Virus record (IMG/VR): IMGVR_UViG_3300015371_000019
DNA length: 20,000 nucleotides
From: an uncultured virus (IMG/VR IMGVR_UViG_3300015371_000019)
Lineage: Duplodnaviria > Heunggongvirae > Uroviricota > Caudoviricetes
Reading direction: 5' to 3' (one strand)
Part shown: piece after piece, positions 1 to 8,602 of the stretch
How the letters are laid out: each line of letters starts with the position of its first letter
Position numbering within the stretch: position 1 is the stretch's first letter
Notes under the pieces: generated by a model
Databases searched by the model: none
What the model saw: the letters and a program-made list of their open reading frames with translations, nothing else
Told to the model about the DNA's origin: nothing
Made by a program: the position numbers and the translations under genes

Positions 1-374
1 AGCCGGACCACGATATCGTCGGCCGAGCGATCCTCCCCGTCCTCCGTCACCTCCCACGGGAAAACAATCCATTGACCGTGGACGTGGGGAGGATCCAGAT
101 AGTCGGTGAGGGCTAGAAAGGGAGCCTTCGGGAACCGCTGCCGGTAGCGATCCCGTGTCGCCCCACTGTCCACAATATCATCAACAATGAAGTCCGCCTC
201 CGATGCGTGCTCCACCTCCATTAACTTATTGCTCGCCTTGCCGCAAAGTCTGGCCACCTCGGTGCCTCCACGCGGGACACCATACACACGAAACCCGTTG
301 AAGATCTCCTCGTCCTTAATCAGCCGGTGGACGGCCTTCATGCAATCCGCTTGGCTTAGAATCCTTTTATCCAT
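1..374 (-). CDS. Type I phosphoribosyltransferase domain protein (xanthine-guanine PRT-like), partial; possibly an N-terminal fusion to GTP cyclohydrolase I
   Basis: Not in the ORF track. Manual translation from ATG 374 gives MDKRILSQAD...VYGVPRGG...FIVDDIVDSGATR...WIVFPWE-VTEDGEDRSADDIVVR. It has the PRPP-binding loop VDDIVDSGAT and the GxPRGG and WIVFPWE motifs, and it stays open to the window edge. Confidence 0.8.
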   Translation of the reverse strand, partial: MDKRILSQADCMKAVHRLIKDEEIFNGFRVYGVPRGGTEVARLCGKASNKLMEVEHASEADFIVDDIVDSGATRDRYRQRFPKAPFLALTDYLDPPHVHGQWIVFPWEVTEDGEDRSADDIVVR

Positions 375-419
375 AATTGTCTTCGTTCAAAACCGCGTTT
401 GTCTTCGCTTTTCCGGCGT

Positions 420-1115
420 TTAGTATCCCTTCCTCAGGTCCCCGCCGAGGGGAACTAAGACTTGCGTGCGGGCGTCCCGACTATCCACCCGGTAAGGTTT
501 GTGAATCTGCCACCCGGCCCGGAACCGTCCCCGGCCTTCCTTGACCGCGTCACTGATCGCTCCAAGCGTCACGGGATCCTCCCGGTGTCCCCACTCAGGG
601 TGGAGCCAAATCGGGGCGTGTAGCTTCCCCTCCTTCATACTGAACACTTCTCCAATAGCATCGGAGTAGTACTTGATGTCCGACGGCTGTTCAACGATCA
701 CCTTGAACTCGTGGGCCCTCTGGACGTTCTCCCTCAGCGGCATCCTCCACTTCTTCGGGGACAGGGTAATCCAATCAATAGTCCCCCTGATCGGGAACGT
801 CCCGCTCGTCTCGAGGTGGATCCGGCACGCCAACTCCTCAGTCAGCTCGGTCAGGTCATGGACGGCCGGCTCACCCCCGGTGATGACGACGAAGTCCACC
901 TCCGGCCCGTCCCGGTGCTCCTGGACGAGCTGCGCCACGGGTATCCGCTCGACGTGTTGCGGGACCCAGGAAGGATGCCAAGTCCCGGCGCTATCACACC
1001 AAGGGCATTGGACCGGACACCCGAAGGTGCGGATGAAGAAGGCCGGGCAACCCATATACACACCCTCCCCTTGGAAGGTGTGGAACCGTTCGTGGATGGG
1101 AAGTGGGAAGCTCAT
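420..1115 (-). CDS. queE: 7-carboxy-7-deazaguanine synthase (radical SAM)
   Basis: Motifs ERFHTFQGEG, FIRTFGCPVQCPWCDS (CxxxCxxC), VITGGEP, HLETSG, WITLSPK and QIHK. Start placed at ATG 1115, which overlaps the queD stop (ATGA). Confidence 0.92.
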   Translation of the reverse strand: MSFPLPIHERFHTFQGEGVYMGCPAFFIRTFGCPVQCPWCDSAGTWHPSWVPQHVERIPVAQLVQEHRDGPEVDFVVITGGEPAVHDLTELTEELACRIHLETSGTFPIRGTIDWITLSPKKWRMPLRENVQRAHEFKVIVEQPSDIKYYSDAIGEVFSMKEGKLHAPIWLHPEWGHREDPVTLGAISDAVKEGRGRFRAGWQIHKPYRVDSRDARTQVLVPLGGDLRKGY

Positions 1116-1615
1116 TCGTGTCGATAGGTTGCCCGGTTCTTGGAGTCCTCCCAACAAACGACCTCCACCACAAGCAGGCCCCGCTCCTTTGCTCCGGGGA
1201 CCTGCTTGGTCACGATCCCTTGAACTTCCTCAAACACCCACTTCGCCAATCCCTCCATCCCGCAGTTGGGGACGAACACTATCTTTGCGACCGGAGACTG
1301 CACCGTCTCAGTATCCTCCTCCCCTACCCCGCCGGGCGTAACCTTGAGCTCCGATGTGAGCCCGGCGACAAGATATTCCAACCGCGGATCGTCCGAGTTG
1401 AGGAGAAGGGTGTGGTCGAAGCTCTCCACGAGGAAGGCCTTCACTTCCTCCAACTTGCCCACGTCCACCACGAAGCCATTCTCATCTAGGAAATTACACC
1501 CGAAGGTTATATCGAAGGCGAAATTATGACCATGAATGAGTCGGCAGTGGCCATCGTGATTGGGTTGTCTATGAGCTGCTGGTAAGTCCCGGTAGGATTT
1601 GGTTACTGTGTTCAT
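1112..1615 (-). CDS. queD: 6-carboxy-5,6,7,8-tetrahydropterin synthase
   Basis: Motifs AAHR...GHCRLIHGHN, GFVVDVG, FDHTLL and a C-terminal WED. Adjacent to queE. Confidence 0.92.
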   Translation of the reverse strand: MNTVTKSYRDLPAAHRQPNHDGHCRLIHGHNFAFDITFGCNFLDENGFVVDVGKLEEVKAFLVESFDHTLLLNSDDPRLEYLVAGLTSELKVTPGGVGEEDTETVQSPVAKIVFVPNCGMEGLAKWVFEEVQGIVTKQVPGAKERGLLVVEVVCWEDSKNRATYRHE

Positions 1616-1875
1616 TTCTTCTTTCTCTTGAGCAGACGATCCAAGGACTTCCGACCGTCGAGGCGATACTGGATTTGCTTCCGGTACTTCACGGCCCCGA
1701 CCCTCCGCAAGTAGTGGAGCGCCGGCCGGACGACGGAGAGGGGCAAGCCGGTGAGTTTGGACACCTCATGGTCGTGCCACCAACCTTCCCGCTGCTGGAG
1801 CAATTCCAACAGCCTCCAGCTCATACCCTGCCGCCGCCCTAGGTTGTTAACTGCTTGGTTCATCTTCTTCTTCAT
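1612..1875 (-). CDS. Small basic winged-helix DNA-binding protein (87 aa)
   Basis: From ATG 1875, just after the helicase stop: RLLELLQQ...HEVSKLTGLPLSVVRPALHYLRRVGAV is a wHTH pattern. The longer start in the track overlaps the helicase gene. Confidence 0.6.
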   Translation of the reverse strand: MKKKMNQAVNNLGRRQGMSWRLLELLQQREGWWHDHEVSKLTGLPLSVVRPALHYLRRVGAVKYRKQIQYRLDGRKSLDRLLKRKKK

Positions 1876-1883
1876 CCTATTAT

Positions 1884-3281
1884 CTACGGCAATTTGGAAA
1901 CGAAGCAAGGGCATCCGACGGCCAGGTTCCCCGCCGTCCAGACTACTTGGAAGTCCGCCCACTTCCCGTCCCGGAGGAACACCCAGTTCAATCGGTAGAT
2001 GCCGTGCACCTTCTCCTCGGCCGTCTGGTTGATCCCGATCATACCCGTCACATGGGCATTCTTCCTCTTGTCCTCGGAGAAATCCTTCTTCGTGATCAAC
2101 TTCCGGTCGTAGGATGTAGCGGCGGCCTGGGTAGCAGTCACAAGCAGGAGGTGATACTTCTGCGAGATGCTCCGGAGCAAAGCCCACGTCATATTGACTT
2201 GGTGACGGAAGTCCATCTTCACCGTGTGCGGTTCCGGGGCCAACAGGTCGGCATAGTCGATCACCACCACGTCCGGTACATCCTCCGGGTCCAAGTGTCG
2301 TAGTTCATTCTCGATCTCCCCGGCCGTGATAGAATGGGCGGATCGACATTGTAATGACAGGAGCCCTCCTCTTTTCCCGGCGATCTTCTCCCAATCTAGG
2401 ATCCGTCCCTTCAAGGTGACCTCCCCACTATCATAAACCTCCGACTCGACCTTCGGCTTCCGGTCCGCCCCCTCCTTGATGATTTGAAGGTCCCTAGGAA
2501 TCTTTATGGACTTGGCATCCAACGGACGTCGGGAGGATCTCACCATCAATCGTTGGATCACCTCGTCCTCGCTCATATCCCCGACCACATAGTAACGGAC
2601 CCGCCGGCGTTGGCGTAAGGCCTGCCAAACGGTTTCCTGGAGCCAGTAGCTCTTGCCCCGCTTCTCCGGGCCCACAAACGAGATGAACCGATCCCGCGAA
2701 AAGTGGGGCGAGAGGAACTTGCCCAAATCCTTAGGCCATATCACCACTTGGTTCTTCTCCCGGTTCAGCAAGGACCGGGCTATGGACTCCGCATCCACTT
2801 GGATCTCGCCACTACTACCCAACTGGATCCTCTTGTAGGACAGGAGAACCTCCCTCGCCTGGTCGATGTCCTTTTGTCGGAGGGCTTCGTCCATCTCCCC
2901 TTGGATCCGGTTCAACTGGGCCCCGTCGAAATAACGGGCGGCCAAATCCACAATGAAGTCCTCGTTCAGATCCTCCGACCGGCTGGCCTCCTTACCCAAT
3001 CCCTCCAACATAGATTCCACCAACTCCACCGCCCCGTTGTCCTTACACTGTAAGGCCCAATCCTGAAAGATGGGGAGAAGAGCCTTGCCCGGAGCCTTCC
3101 CATACTTCCGCCAGTAATCCAAGCACCATCCCGCTATGAGATCCGCCCACTTGCCTCCAAACAAGTTCTCGTGGCCCTTGGTAATGGAGGCGATCCGACC
3201 CAACACCCCGCTATGAATCATCATAGCTATTAACACTGGCCGACTTTCCTTACCCGAGTAGTCCCTGACTATTATTGGCAT
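1884..3281 (-). CDS. Replicative SF4 DnaB-like DNA helicase
   Basis: Walker A-like GPEKRGKS, Walker B VVVIDYADLL, LVTATQ and FSED motifs. 465 aa, directly downstream of the replication initiator. Confidence 0.85.
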   Translation of the reverse strand: MPIIVRDYSGKESRPVLIAMMIHSGVLGRIASITKGHENLFGGKWADLIAGWCLDYWRKYGKAPGKALLPIFQDWALQCKDNGAVELVESMLEGLGKEASRSEDLNEDFIVDLAARYFDGAQLNRIQGEMDEALRQKDIDQAREVLLSYKRIQLGSSGEIQVDAESIARSLLNREKNQVVIWPKDLGKFLSPHFSRDRFISFVGPEKRGKSYWLQETVWQALRQRRRVRYYVVGDMSEDEVIQRLMVRSSRRPLDAKSIKIPRDLQIIKEGADRKPKVESEVYDSGEVTLKGRILDWEKIAGKRGGLLSLQCRSAHSITAGEIENELRHLDPEDVPDVVVIDYADLLAPEPHTVKMDFRHQVNMTWALLRSISQKYHLLLVTATQAAATSYDRKLITKKDFSEDKRKNAHVTGMIGINQTAEEKVHGIYRLNWVFLRDGKWADFQVVWTAGNLAVGCPCFVSKLP

Positions 3282-3282
3282 A

Positions 3283-4176
3283 CTATCCTTTCCTATGTCT
3301 TATCACTTCGACGATTGAGCTACCGACTGTTTCTGGATCAATAATCTCCTCCGGGTCCTCGTCCCGGCTGTGCCCGTTCTTCTTGGCCCCGGCCCGACGC
3401 ATAGCCTTCCTGATCTCAAAGAACGAGTCACAAAAGTGATTAACACCGTTCCACTTGGGAGTCCAGTCGTCATCCACATGTTCAAGATACCAGTTGGCGA
3501 CGGTGCGGAACTCTTCCAAGCTGACGCCGGACTCGAGGAGGCGTTCAACCCTATTCCTCCACTTGGGGGCGAGGACCTGGAAGTTGTCTTGGGAGGAATA
3601 GCGGGTACTACCGGTCCGTCTCCACAGCTTGAAGAAGCCTTGGAGGATTGTTGATATCTCTCCATTAACAAGGATGCCCAACCCGGTGTCCTTCGCCGCC
3701 CCGGCAGGGGCGTGCGGGGGAAACTTTAGTTTCCCCTCCGGGGTATTCTCTGGGGTACTCTCTGTATTAGTTCTGCCGATTCGGCATGGCTTGTCAGACA
3801 CCTCCGGTCCAACTAGCCTTTCCCCTTCGGCATGGCTAGGCTTTCCCAATCGGCATCGCCTATCAAATTCCGACCAAACAACACGGAAGTACAACTTGGC
3901 CGGTACTCCGCACAGGAGCTCCTTCATCAGCTGGAGTCTCCTCAATTGTAACCTCGCAGTACGTTGGTTCTTGTAGGACAATCCTGTCTCCCTTTCCCAA
4001 TCCTCCGCCGTCTTATACACCCAACCTTCCTTGTTGCTGGTCCGACTGCTCCAATACACAAGTTGGGAGAGCATTAGGGCGGCGTGGACACTTCCGGTCC
4101 AATCTACGAAAACCCGATGGAAAGCCACCGGCCGAGCAAAGATCCGCGAGTACTTCTCTTGAATGTCCATAGGCAT
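3283..4176 (-). CDS. Phage replication initiator / replisome organizer (N-terminal HTH)
   Basis: RPVAFHR...AALMLSQLVYW...GWVYKT..DWERETGLS...Q..AR..L...GVPAKLYFRV is typical of phage replication proteins. Start uncertain (GTG 4239, ATG 4176 or ATG 4170). Confidence 0.75.
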   Translation of the reverse strand: MPMDIQEKYSRIFARPVAFHRVFVDWTGSVHAALMLSQLVYWSSRTSNKEGWVYKTAEDWERETGLSYKNQRTARLQLRRLQLMKELLCGVPAKLYFRVVWSEFDRRCRLGKPSHAEGERLVGPEVSDKPCRIGRTNTESTPENTPEGKLKFPPHAPAGAAKDTGLGILVNGEISTILQGFFKLWRRTGSTRYSSQDNFQVLAPKWRNRVERLLESGVSLEEFRTVANWYLEHVDDDWTPKWNGVNHFCDSFFEIRKAMRRAGAKKNGHSRDEDPEEIIDPETVGSSIVEVIRHRKG

Positions 4177-4244
4177 TAAGACTACGTAGGTCGGAGGACC
4201 CGACGCAACGGATCCTCCGGCGGTGAACGGTCCCGCCACCTATA

Positions 4245-4547
4245 TTATCTGCGGGACTTTTTGGGCGGGGCCGGCCGGCGTTTGGACTTCTTTTGCCAGA
4301 GGGCCCACGCCTTCGCCAGGCGGTCGGAGAAGGCGTAGAGGTTCTTCAACGACTGCTCGACGGCCAGCTCCCGGGCGAAGTGGACTCCGTCAATGTCCGT
4401 CGGGCAGGTGAGCGTGATCAACATCCTTGCCTCCTCCTCCGTATCCACGGAGAAGACGGGCAAGGATCCTTCTGGGATGCTACGACCGTAGCCTACGACG
4501 ACTGCTCAGAAGATCTTGATCGGCTTTTTCAGTCTATCGGCTTTCAT
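4245..4547 (-). pseudogene. Hypothetical protein interrupted by an in-frame TGA at codon 14
   Basis: ATG 4547 is coupled (ATGA) to the upstream stop and is in frame with track ORF 4245..4463. It reads MKADRLKKPIKIF*AVVVGYGRSIPEGSLPVFSVDTEEEAR..., with the TGA at 4506-4508. Confidence 0.55.
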
Positions 4548-5002
4548 GGTTTGATCTCCTGCCGGTGGATCTTAGCCCGCTCCCGCAAGGCTTCGAGCTC
4601 CCGCTTGTCCTTGTCGTTCATCCCGACCTCGCCTGGGACCCTGGAGCCGAACCGGGCTAGGATCCTGACGTGACTCTCGAGGACTTTCCACCGCTCCAGC
4701 TCCTCATACTCGAGGCGCTTGGGTTCCTGGAAGGTTCTCCCGGTGAGGAGGTCGTAGCGGAAAACCCTCCGCCCCTTCTCCCACCGGGCGTAACAGATAC
4801 CCTCGAGCCCGACCTCTTGGGCGAGGGCTTGTCGCTCCTCCCCTTCTGCTCCCTCCAAGATATGTTGGTAAGATTCCTTCTCCTGCGCGGCGACGTGCAT
4901 ACAGGTCATCATATCCACCATGGCTCCCGACCCGCAGGTGTAGCGCGGGTGGACGTGGAAGTTGGCTTTGCGTGGAAGGCTTTCGATTTCTTCGGTGATC
5001 AT
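4544..5002 (-). CDS. Hypothetical protein (152 aa)
   Basis: ATGA overlaps at both ends within the minus-strand operon. Confidence 0.7.
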   Translation of the reverse strand: MITEEIESLPRKANFHVHPRYTCGSGAMVDMMTCMHVAAQEKESYQHILEGAEGEERQALAQEVGLEGICYARWEKGRRVFRYDLLTGRTFQEPKRLEYEELERWKVLESHVRILARFGSRVPGEVGMNDKDKRELEALRERAKIHRQEIKP

Positions 5003-5322
5003 GGTTTGAATCCTCCGGTGTATTCGTGATACGGAATCCGCTTTTTCTTGGGCTTGTCGAGTCGGGCTTTAACATCGAACAATGGCGGGCCCACCTTCCG
5101 GAGGTCGCTCAAGTAGGCCAGCGACCAGCTGGTTCCCGTGGGCCCGCCGCTACTCGAGGTCTGCCAACCAATCTCAATTACAGGTTGGTTGCGATACCAT
5201 TTGCCTTTATCATTCCTCTTGTGATGACAGACGAGGACGAAGGTGTACTCCACCTTCCACTTATGCCGGCGGGTAGGCCGGGTCCAGATGGATACGAACT
5301 TACCAACTAGGTTTCCTTTCAT
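4999..5322 (-). CDS. Hypothetical protein (107 aa)
   Basis: Start at ATG 5322 (MKGNLVGK), overlapping the upstream stop, with GGAGG upstream. Confidence 0.65.
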   Translation of the reverse strand: MKGNLVGKFVSIWTRPTRRHKWKVEYTFVLVCHHKRNDKGKWYRNQPVIEIGWQTSSSGGPTGTSWSLAYLSDLRKVGPPLFDVKARLDKPKKKRIPYHEYTGGFKP

Positions 5323-5555
5323 GGAGCCTCCGGCGGTCGGAAGATTAGGTTGTGACAAAGCTTCTCCCGGATGTAGCCGGCCTCCTCGAGGCCTTTCACC
5401 GCCGCCGCGTCGTTGTCGAACCGGGCAATGATCCCGTCCGTCCCGGCGACCACATGTCCCTCCGCGACTATGAGGAAGATGTTCCTCGCCCGGTAACTCT
5501 CCGCCGCCCGGCGGAGGAGCTGAGGGTCGTTGTTGAAGTTGTAGTTTGCGTTCAT
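5319..5555 (-). CDS. Hypothetical protein (78 aa)
   Basis: ATGA coupling at both ends and GAGGAGG upstream. Confidence 0.7.
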   Translation of the reverse strand: MNANYNFNNDPQLLRRAAESYRARNIFLIVAEGHVVAGTDGIIARFDNDAAAVKGLEEAGYIREKLCHNLIFRPPEAP

Positions 5556-5956
5556 GCTTCCTCCTCGTCCCGGTAGAGATCCTCGGTGACCGCCTCCAAG
5601 GCGGCTTGGATCCGCTCTTTGTACACGACCTCGAACACCCGGCCGATCAGCGGGAACGGATTGACGGTGTACTTCCCGTTCGGCACCTCGACGGGCTCGG
5701 AGGAAGGTGGCTCAATGACCTCTCCCATCCGGGTGGAGCCGGGGAAGTGTTGCATAGTGTGGAGCTGGAAGACTAAACCTTCCCGGCCGGCCTTCCACCC
5801 GGTGAGGAGGAAGTCGATCCCGTCCACGTTGAACCCGAAGTCTCCGCCCGTAGCGTCGTCGAGCTCCTCCACCCGCTTGTAATCCAACCCTAGGCGCTTG
5901 GCCGTGAGGCCAATCTGGGTGAAAAACTCCTGCATCCAATCGTTTATCGTTTTCAT
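5552..5956 (-). CDS. Hypothetical protein (134 aa)
   Basis: ATGA coupling at both ends. Confidence 0.7.
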   Translation of the reverse strand: MKTINDWMQEFFTQIGLTAKRLGLDYKRVEELDDATGGDFGFNVDGIDFLLTGWKAGREGLVFQLHTMQHFPGSTRMGEVIEPPSSEPVEVPNGKYTVNPFPLIGRVFEVVYKERIQAALEAVTEDLYRDEEEA

Positions 5957-6705
5957 GCTTCGATCTGTTCCTTTCCATTATCTCCGCCGGTTGTTTGGCG
6001 GAGGTTTATCTTCTCACCCTCCCGTTGCCCGTGGGCGTGGGCCCGGTAATCCATGGCCAGCTTCTTGGCTTTCCCCTCCGTCGCGTTGGGGAAGTCCTGT
6101 TCCATCTTCTGCTTGATCAATGCCTCCTTGGACCGGACGACGAGGGCCCAGCAAGTGGCTTGGGCTTGAGTCAGCTTCTCCTCCTCCCGCTTGTTCACGG
6201 CGATGATTCCCCCGGCGAGGCCCCAGAAGAACCCGTTCTGGCTGGCACGATCCCGGCCGGCCACCTTCCCTTGGCGGATCCCGACGGAGAACAACCGTGG
6301 GAACAGCTTCTCCAACCACGGGTAAACTACGAGGACCAGCGCCACGTCCGTCTCTTCCCCGATCACGAAGATGTGTGAGATGCTGACGTGGGTGGACGAG
6401 TGGCCCCGGTGTTTGCGTATCAGGATCTTCACCCCGAACGCCTCCTGAAGGACCGCGAAGATCGGGTCGTGATAGGCGTGTTTGAACCGAGTCTTCGGCA
6501 CGAGGTTGCTGTTAGTCTCGACGTTGAGGGCCGGACCGGACTTCGATCCGGCCTTCGGCGGGACGGAGGCGAGACTGACCCCGTAGCGGAGCGCGAGCTC
6601 CTTAGCCTTTCCCATCGCGGCCTCCACCTCGCCGGCCGTTGCTGCCGAGTCGGCAGCTAGGGCCAGGATCTTCTGTAACTTCTCTATGACTTCTTGGTTG
6701 ACCAT
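5953..6705 (-). CDS. DUF2786-like domain protein (250 aa)
   Basis: N-terminus VIEKLQKILALA...TAGEVEAAMGKAKELALRYGVS fits the DUF2786 pattern. AAGGAG RBS precedes ATG 6705. Confidence 0.75.
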   Translation of the reverse strand: MVNQEVIEKLQKILALAADSAATAGEVEAAMGKAKELALRYGVSLASVPPKAGSKSGPALNVETNSNLVPKTRFKHAYHDPIFAVLQEAFGVKILIRKHRGHSSTHVSISHIFVIGEETDVALVLVVYPWLEKLFPRLFSVGIRQGKVAGRDRASQNGFFWGLAGGIIAVNKREEEKLTQAQATCWALVVRSKEALIKQKMEQDFPNATEGKAKKLAMDYRAHAHGQREGEKINLRQTTGGDNGKEQIEA

Positions 6706-6722
6706 ATTGCTCCTTATTAAAT

Positions 6723-7682
6723 CTACGCGTCGTCCTCTTCCCCGTTGCCGTCCCCACCGAGAACACCTTCCCGGTTGACTTCCACCAGGGTAATGCCCCG
6801 CTTGACCATAGCCTCCAGCTCGGCCATCTCCTCGTCGCCCTTGACCACGTATTGGATCTCGGTGGGACGGAACACCTGGAAGATCCCCGGCCCGTAGGCG
6901 ACACCCGATCCTCCGCACACCTTGCAGGCCCCGGTGAAGTTCTCCGGGAGGCGACACTTGGCCGGGCATTCCTTCTGGATCGCCTTGGCGTGGGCCACGA
7001 ACACCTGAGTCTTGCCGAGCTCAAACCCGTGAGGGAGGCTGTGGATCCTCCGGGAGACACCCTGCTGCCGGACCTCTTTCAGGAAGTCCGCCGGGGTCTC
7101 GTAATACATCTCTCCAACCCACAGGAGGCCGGCCTGCTCCGGCAACTTCTTGAGCGAGCACCGTCCGCACTTCGACGGGGTGGAGCACTCCCGGTCCTTA
7201 AACATGAGGGCCGGGTTGATCCACGTCCACCCGCGGGCCGGCTTGACGCCTTCCCCGCAGCATGGACAAACCGATAGCGGGAGCGGGAGGAGTCCACAGC
7301 TCGTGAACACCGCCTTGGATATGAGATAGAGGCCACCGGGTTTCCTCCAGCCGCACCCGCGCTTCTGGTCGGTGACCGTTTTGATTTCGATTTCTGTTGT
7401 GTCTTTCATTTGGTTTGATTGTTTATCTCCGAGTGCGAGGATCGCCTTGTACAAAGCACCCTCGCGATCCCCGCCGTTGACGGCGGAGGACCGGGACGGC
7501 GACGGCCCGTAGCGTAGGGCCCCGGCCTTCCCGATGAAGAGGCTGGTATATCCTCCACCGACGACTGAACCGTCCGACGCCCCGGCGACATCCTTCTTGA
7601 AGTGTCGGTACTTCCCGCGGACTCCCGCATCCCGATAACCCATGGCCAATAGGCCCCGCACCAATCGATCCTGCAATGTCAT
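6723..7682 (-). CDS. Cys-rich hypothetical protein (319 aa), possibly two in-frame genes with an internal start at 7409
   Basis: ATG 7682 is coupled to the upstream stop. The C-terminal part has RGCGWRKPGGLYL, CPCCG, CxxxxxCxxC and CKVCGG. An A-rich stretch precedes internal ATG 7409. Confidence 0.65.
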   Translation of the reverse strand: MTLQDRLVRGLLAMGYRDAGVRGKYRHFKKDVAGASDGSVVGGGYTSLFIGKAGALRYGPSPSRSSAVNGGDREGALYKAILALGDKQSNQMKDTTEIEIKTVTDQKRGCGWRKPGGLYLISKAVFTSCGLLPLPLSVCPCCGEGVKPARGWTWINPALMFKDRECSTPSKCGRCSLKKLPEQAGLLWVGEMYYETPADFLKEVRQQGVSRRIHSLPHGFELGKTQVFVAHAKAIQKECPAKCRLPENFTGACKVCGGSGVAYGPGIFQVFRPTEIQYVVKGDEEMAELEAMVKRGITLVEVNREGVLGGDGNGEEDDA

Positions 7683-7888
7683 ACTTTTCCTTTCTGCTTG
7701 AGGTCCGGGCAAAACCCTTTCGGGGTGGACCGGACGTGTTTGACCGCATCCCGTATGTCCGACCACGCCGCCCCGCCTTGGAGCAACGTGGTCACAAAGT
7801 GTCGGAGGCATTGGCCGTGGGACGTGTTGGCGTCCGCCCGGTTGAGGGTTCCCGCCTCCTGCTGGCAATCTGCGCAAGCCCGGTTCAT
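7679..7888 (-). CDS. Small putative zinc-binding protein (69 aa)
   Basis: MNRACADC...SHGQCLRH (CxxC...HxxCxxH). ATGA coupling at both ends. Confidence 0.6.
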   Translation of the reverse strand: MNRACADCQQEAGTLNRADANTSHGQCLRHFVTTLLQGGAAWSDIRDAVKHVRSTPKGFCPDLKQKGKV

Positions 7889-8109
7889 CGGGATCCTCCG
7901 ATTGCCTTGACCAATGCCTCGAGCTTGGCCCGGTCCAGGTGGGTGTTGTTGGCCGCCCGTCGTCCCATTATCTTCTCGAGGGACGGAAGATCCCAACGGT
8001 CGGAAAGTTTCAGGAACCCGGCGAGGGCATCCTTCAGGAGGGTGACTTGCTCCGGGGTCAGCGTGACCGGCGGGGCGTTGTGCGCGTTGATAATGATGTC
8101 GATTTTCAT
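7885..8109 (-). CDS. Hypothetical protein (74 aa)
   Basis: Fits the tightly packed minus-strand operon. Confidence 0.65.
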   Translation of the reverse strand: MKIDIIINAHNAPPVTLTPEQVTLLKDALAGFLKLSDRWDLPSLEKIMGRRAANNTHLDRAKLEALVKAIGGSR

Positions 8110-8114
8110 GGTTG

Positions 8115-8390
8115 TTAGTCGTTGTAAATTACCACCTTAGTTCCCTTGGCCGCCGGGCATCGGACCACGCCCCGGCGGGTAGGCTTGAGGACCCAATACT
8201 CCACGTCTCCCTCGCCGTCCCGCTCCACCCGCTCCACCTCATACTCGACCTCAGCCCCGGTCCGGTGGGACTTCAGCGTCATGTAAGCCGTGGCCCAATG
8301 CCCTCCGGTGGATCCTTCGAGGGTAGAGATCTCCTGCGAGAACGTCCGGGTTTCCTTGTCGTAATTGAATAGGTTGGTGGAGGCGATCAT
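8115..8390 (-). CDS. Hypothetical protein (91 aa)
   Basis: GGAGGT RBS and ATGA overlap with the upstream stop. Confidence 0.7.
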   Translation of the reverse strand: MIASTNLFNYDKETRTFSQEISTLEGSTGGHWATAYMTLKSHRTGAEVEYEVERVERDGEGDVEYWVLKPTRRGVVRCPAAKGTKVVIYND

Positions 8391-8602
8391 TGGACACCTC
8401 CGTGCTTCTTCTCGAGCCGTCGGAATGCCGCTCCAATACGGGAGGTCAACTCCGAATACTCAATGGCGGCCGTCGCCTTCCGAAGGCCGTGGGCCAGCTT
8501 GCGGGCTTCCTCCTTGGTTAGCTCGAATCGCATGGCGGGTGAGCCGATCATTAGTTGGACGAGGCGACGACGCCCGCCCACTCTTTCAACCTTGACGATC
8601 AC
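8387..8602 (-). CDS. Hypothetical protein (71 aa)
   Basis: GTG 8602 overlaps the upstream stop (GTGA), with GGAGGT upstream. Confidence 0.55.
   Translation of the reverse strand: MIVKVERVGGRRRLVQLMIGSPAMRFELTKEEARKLAHGLRKATAAIEYSELTSRIGAAFRRLEKKHGGVQ

Noticed and set aside
3740..3763. 12-bp tandem GGGGTA(T/C)TCTCT as replication iterons
   Set aside because: There are only two copies, and they are explained by the encoded ESTPENTP peptide repeat; this is not enough to call an origin.
4506..4508. Genome-wide TGA recoding (genetic code 4 or 25)
   Set aside because: TGA acts as the stop in numerous ATGA overlaps, and the conserved genes are intact under code 11.
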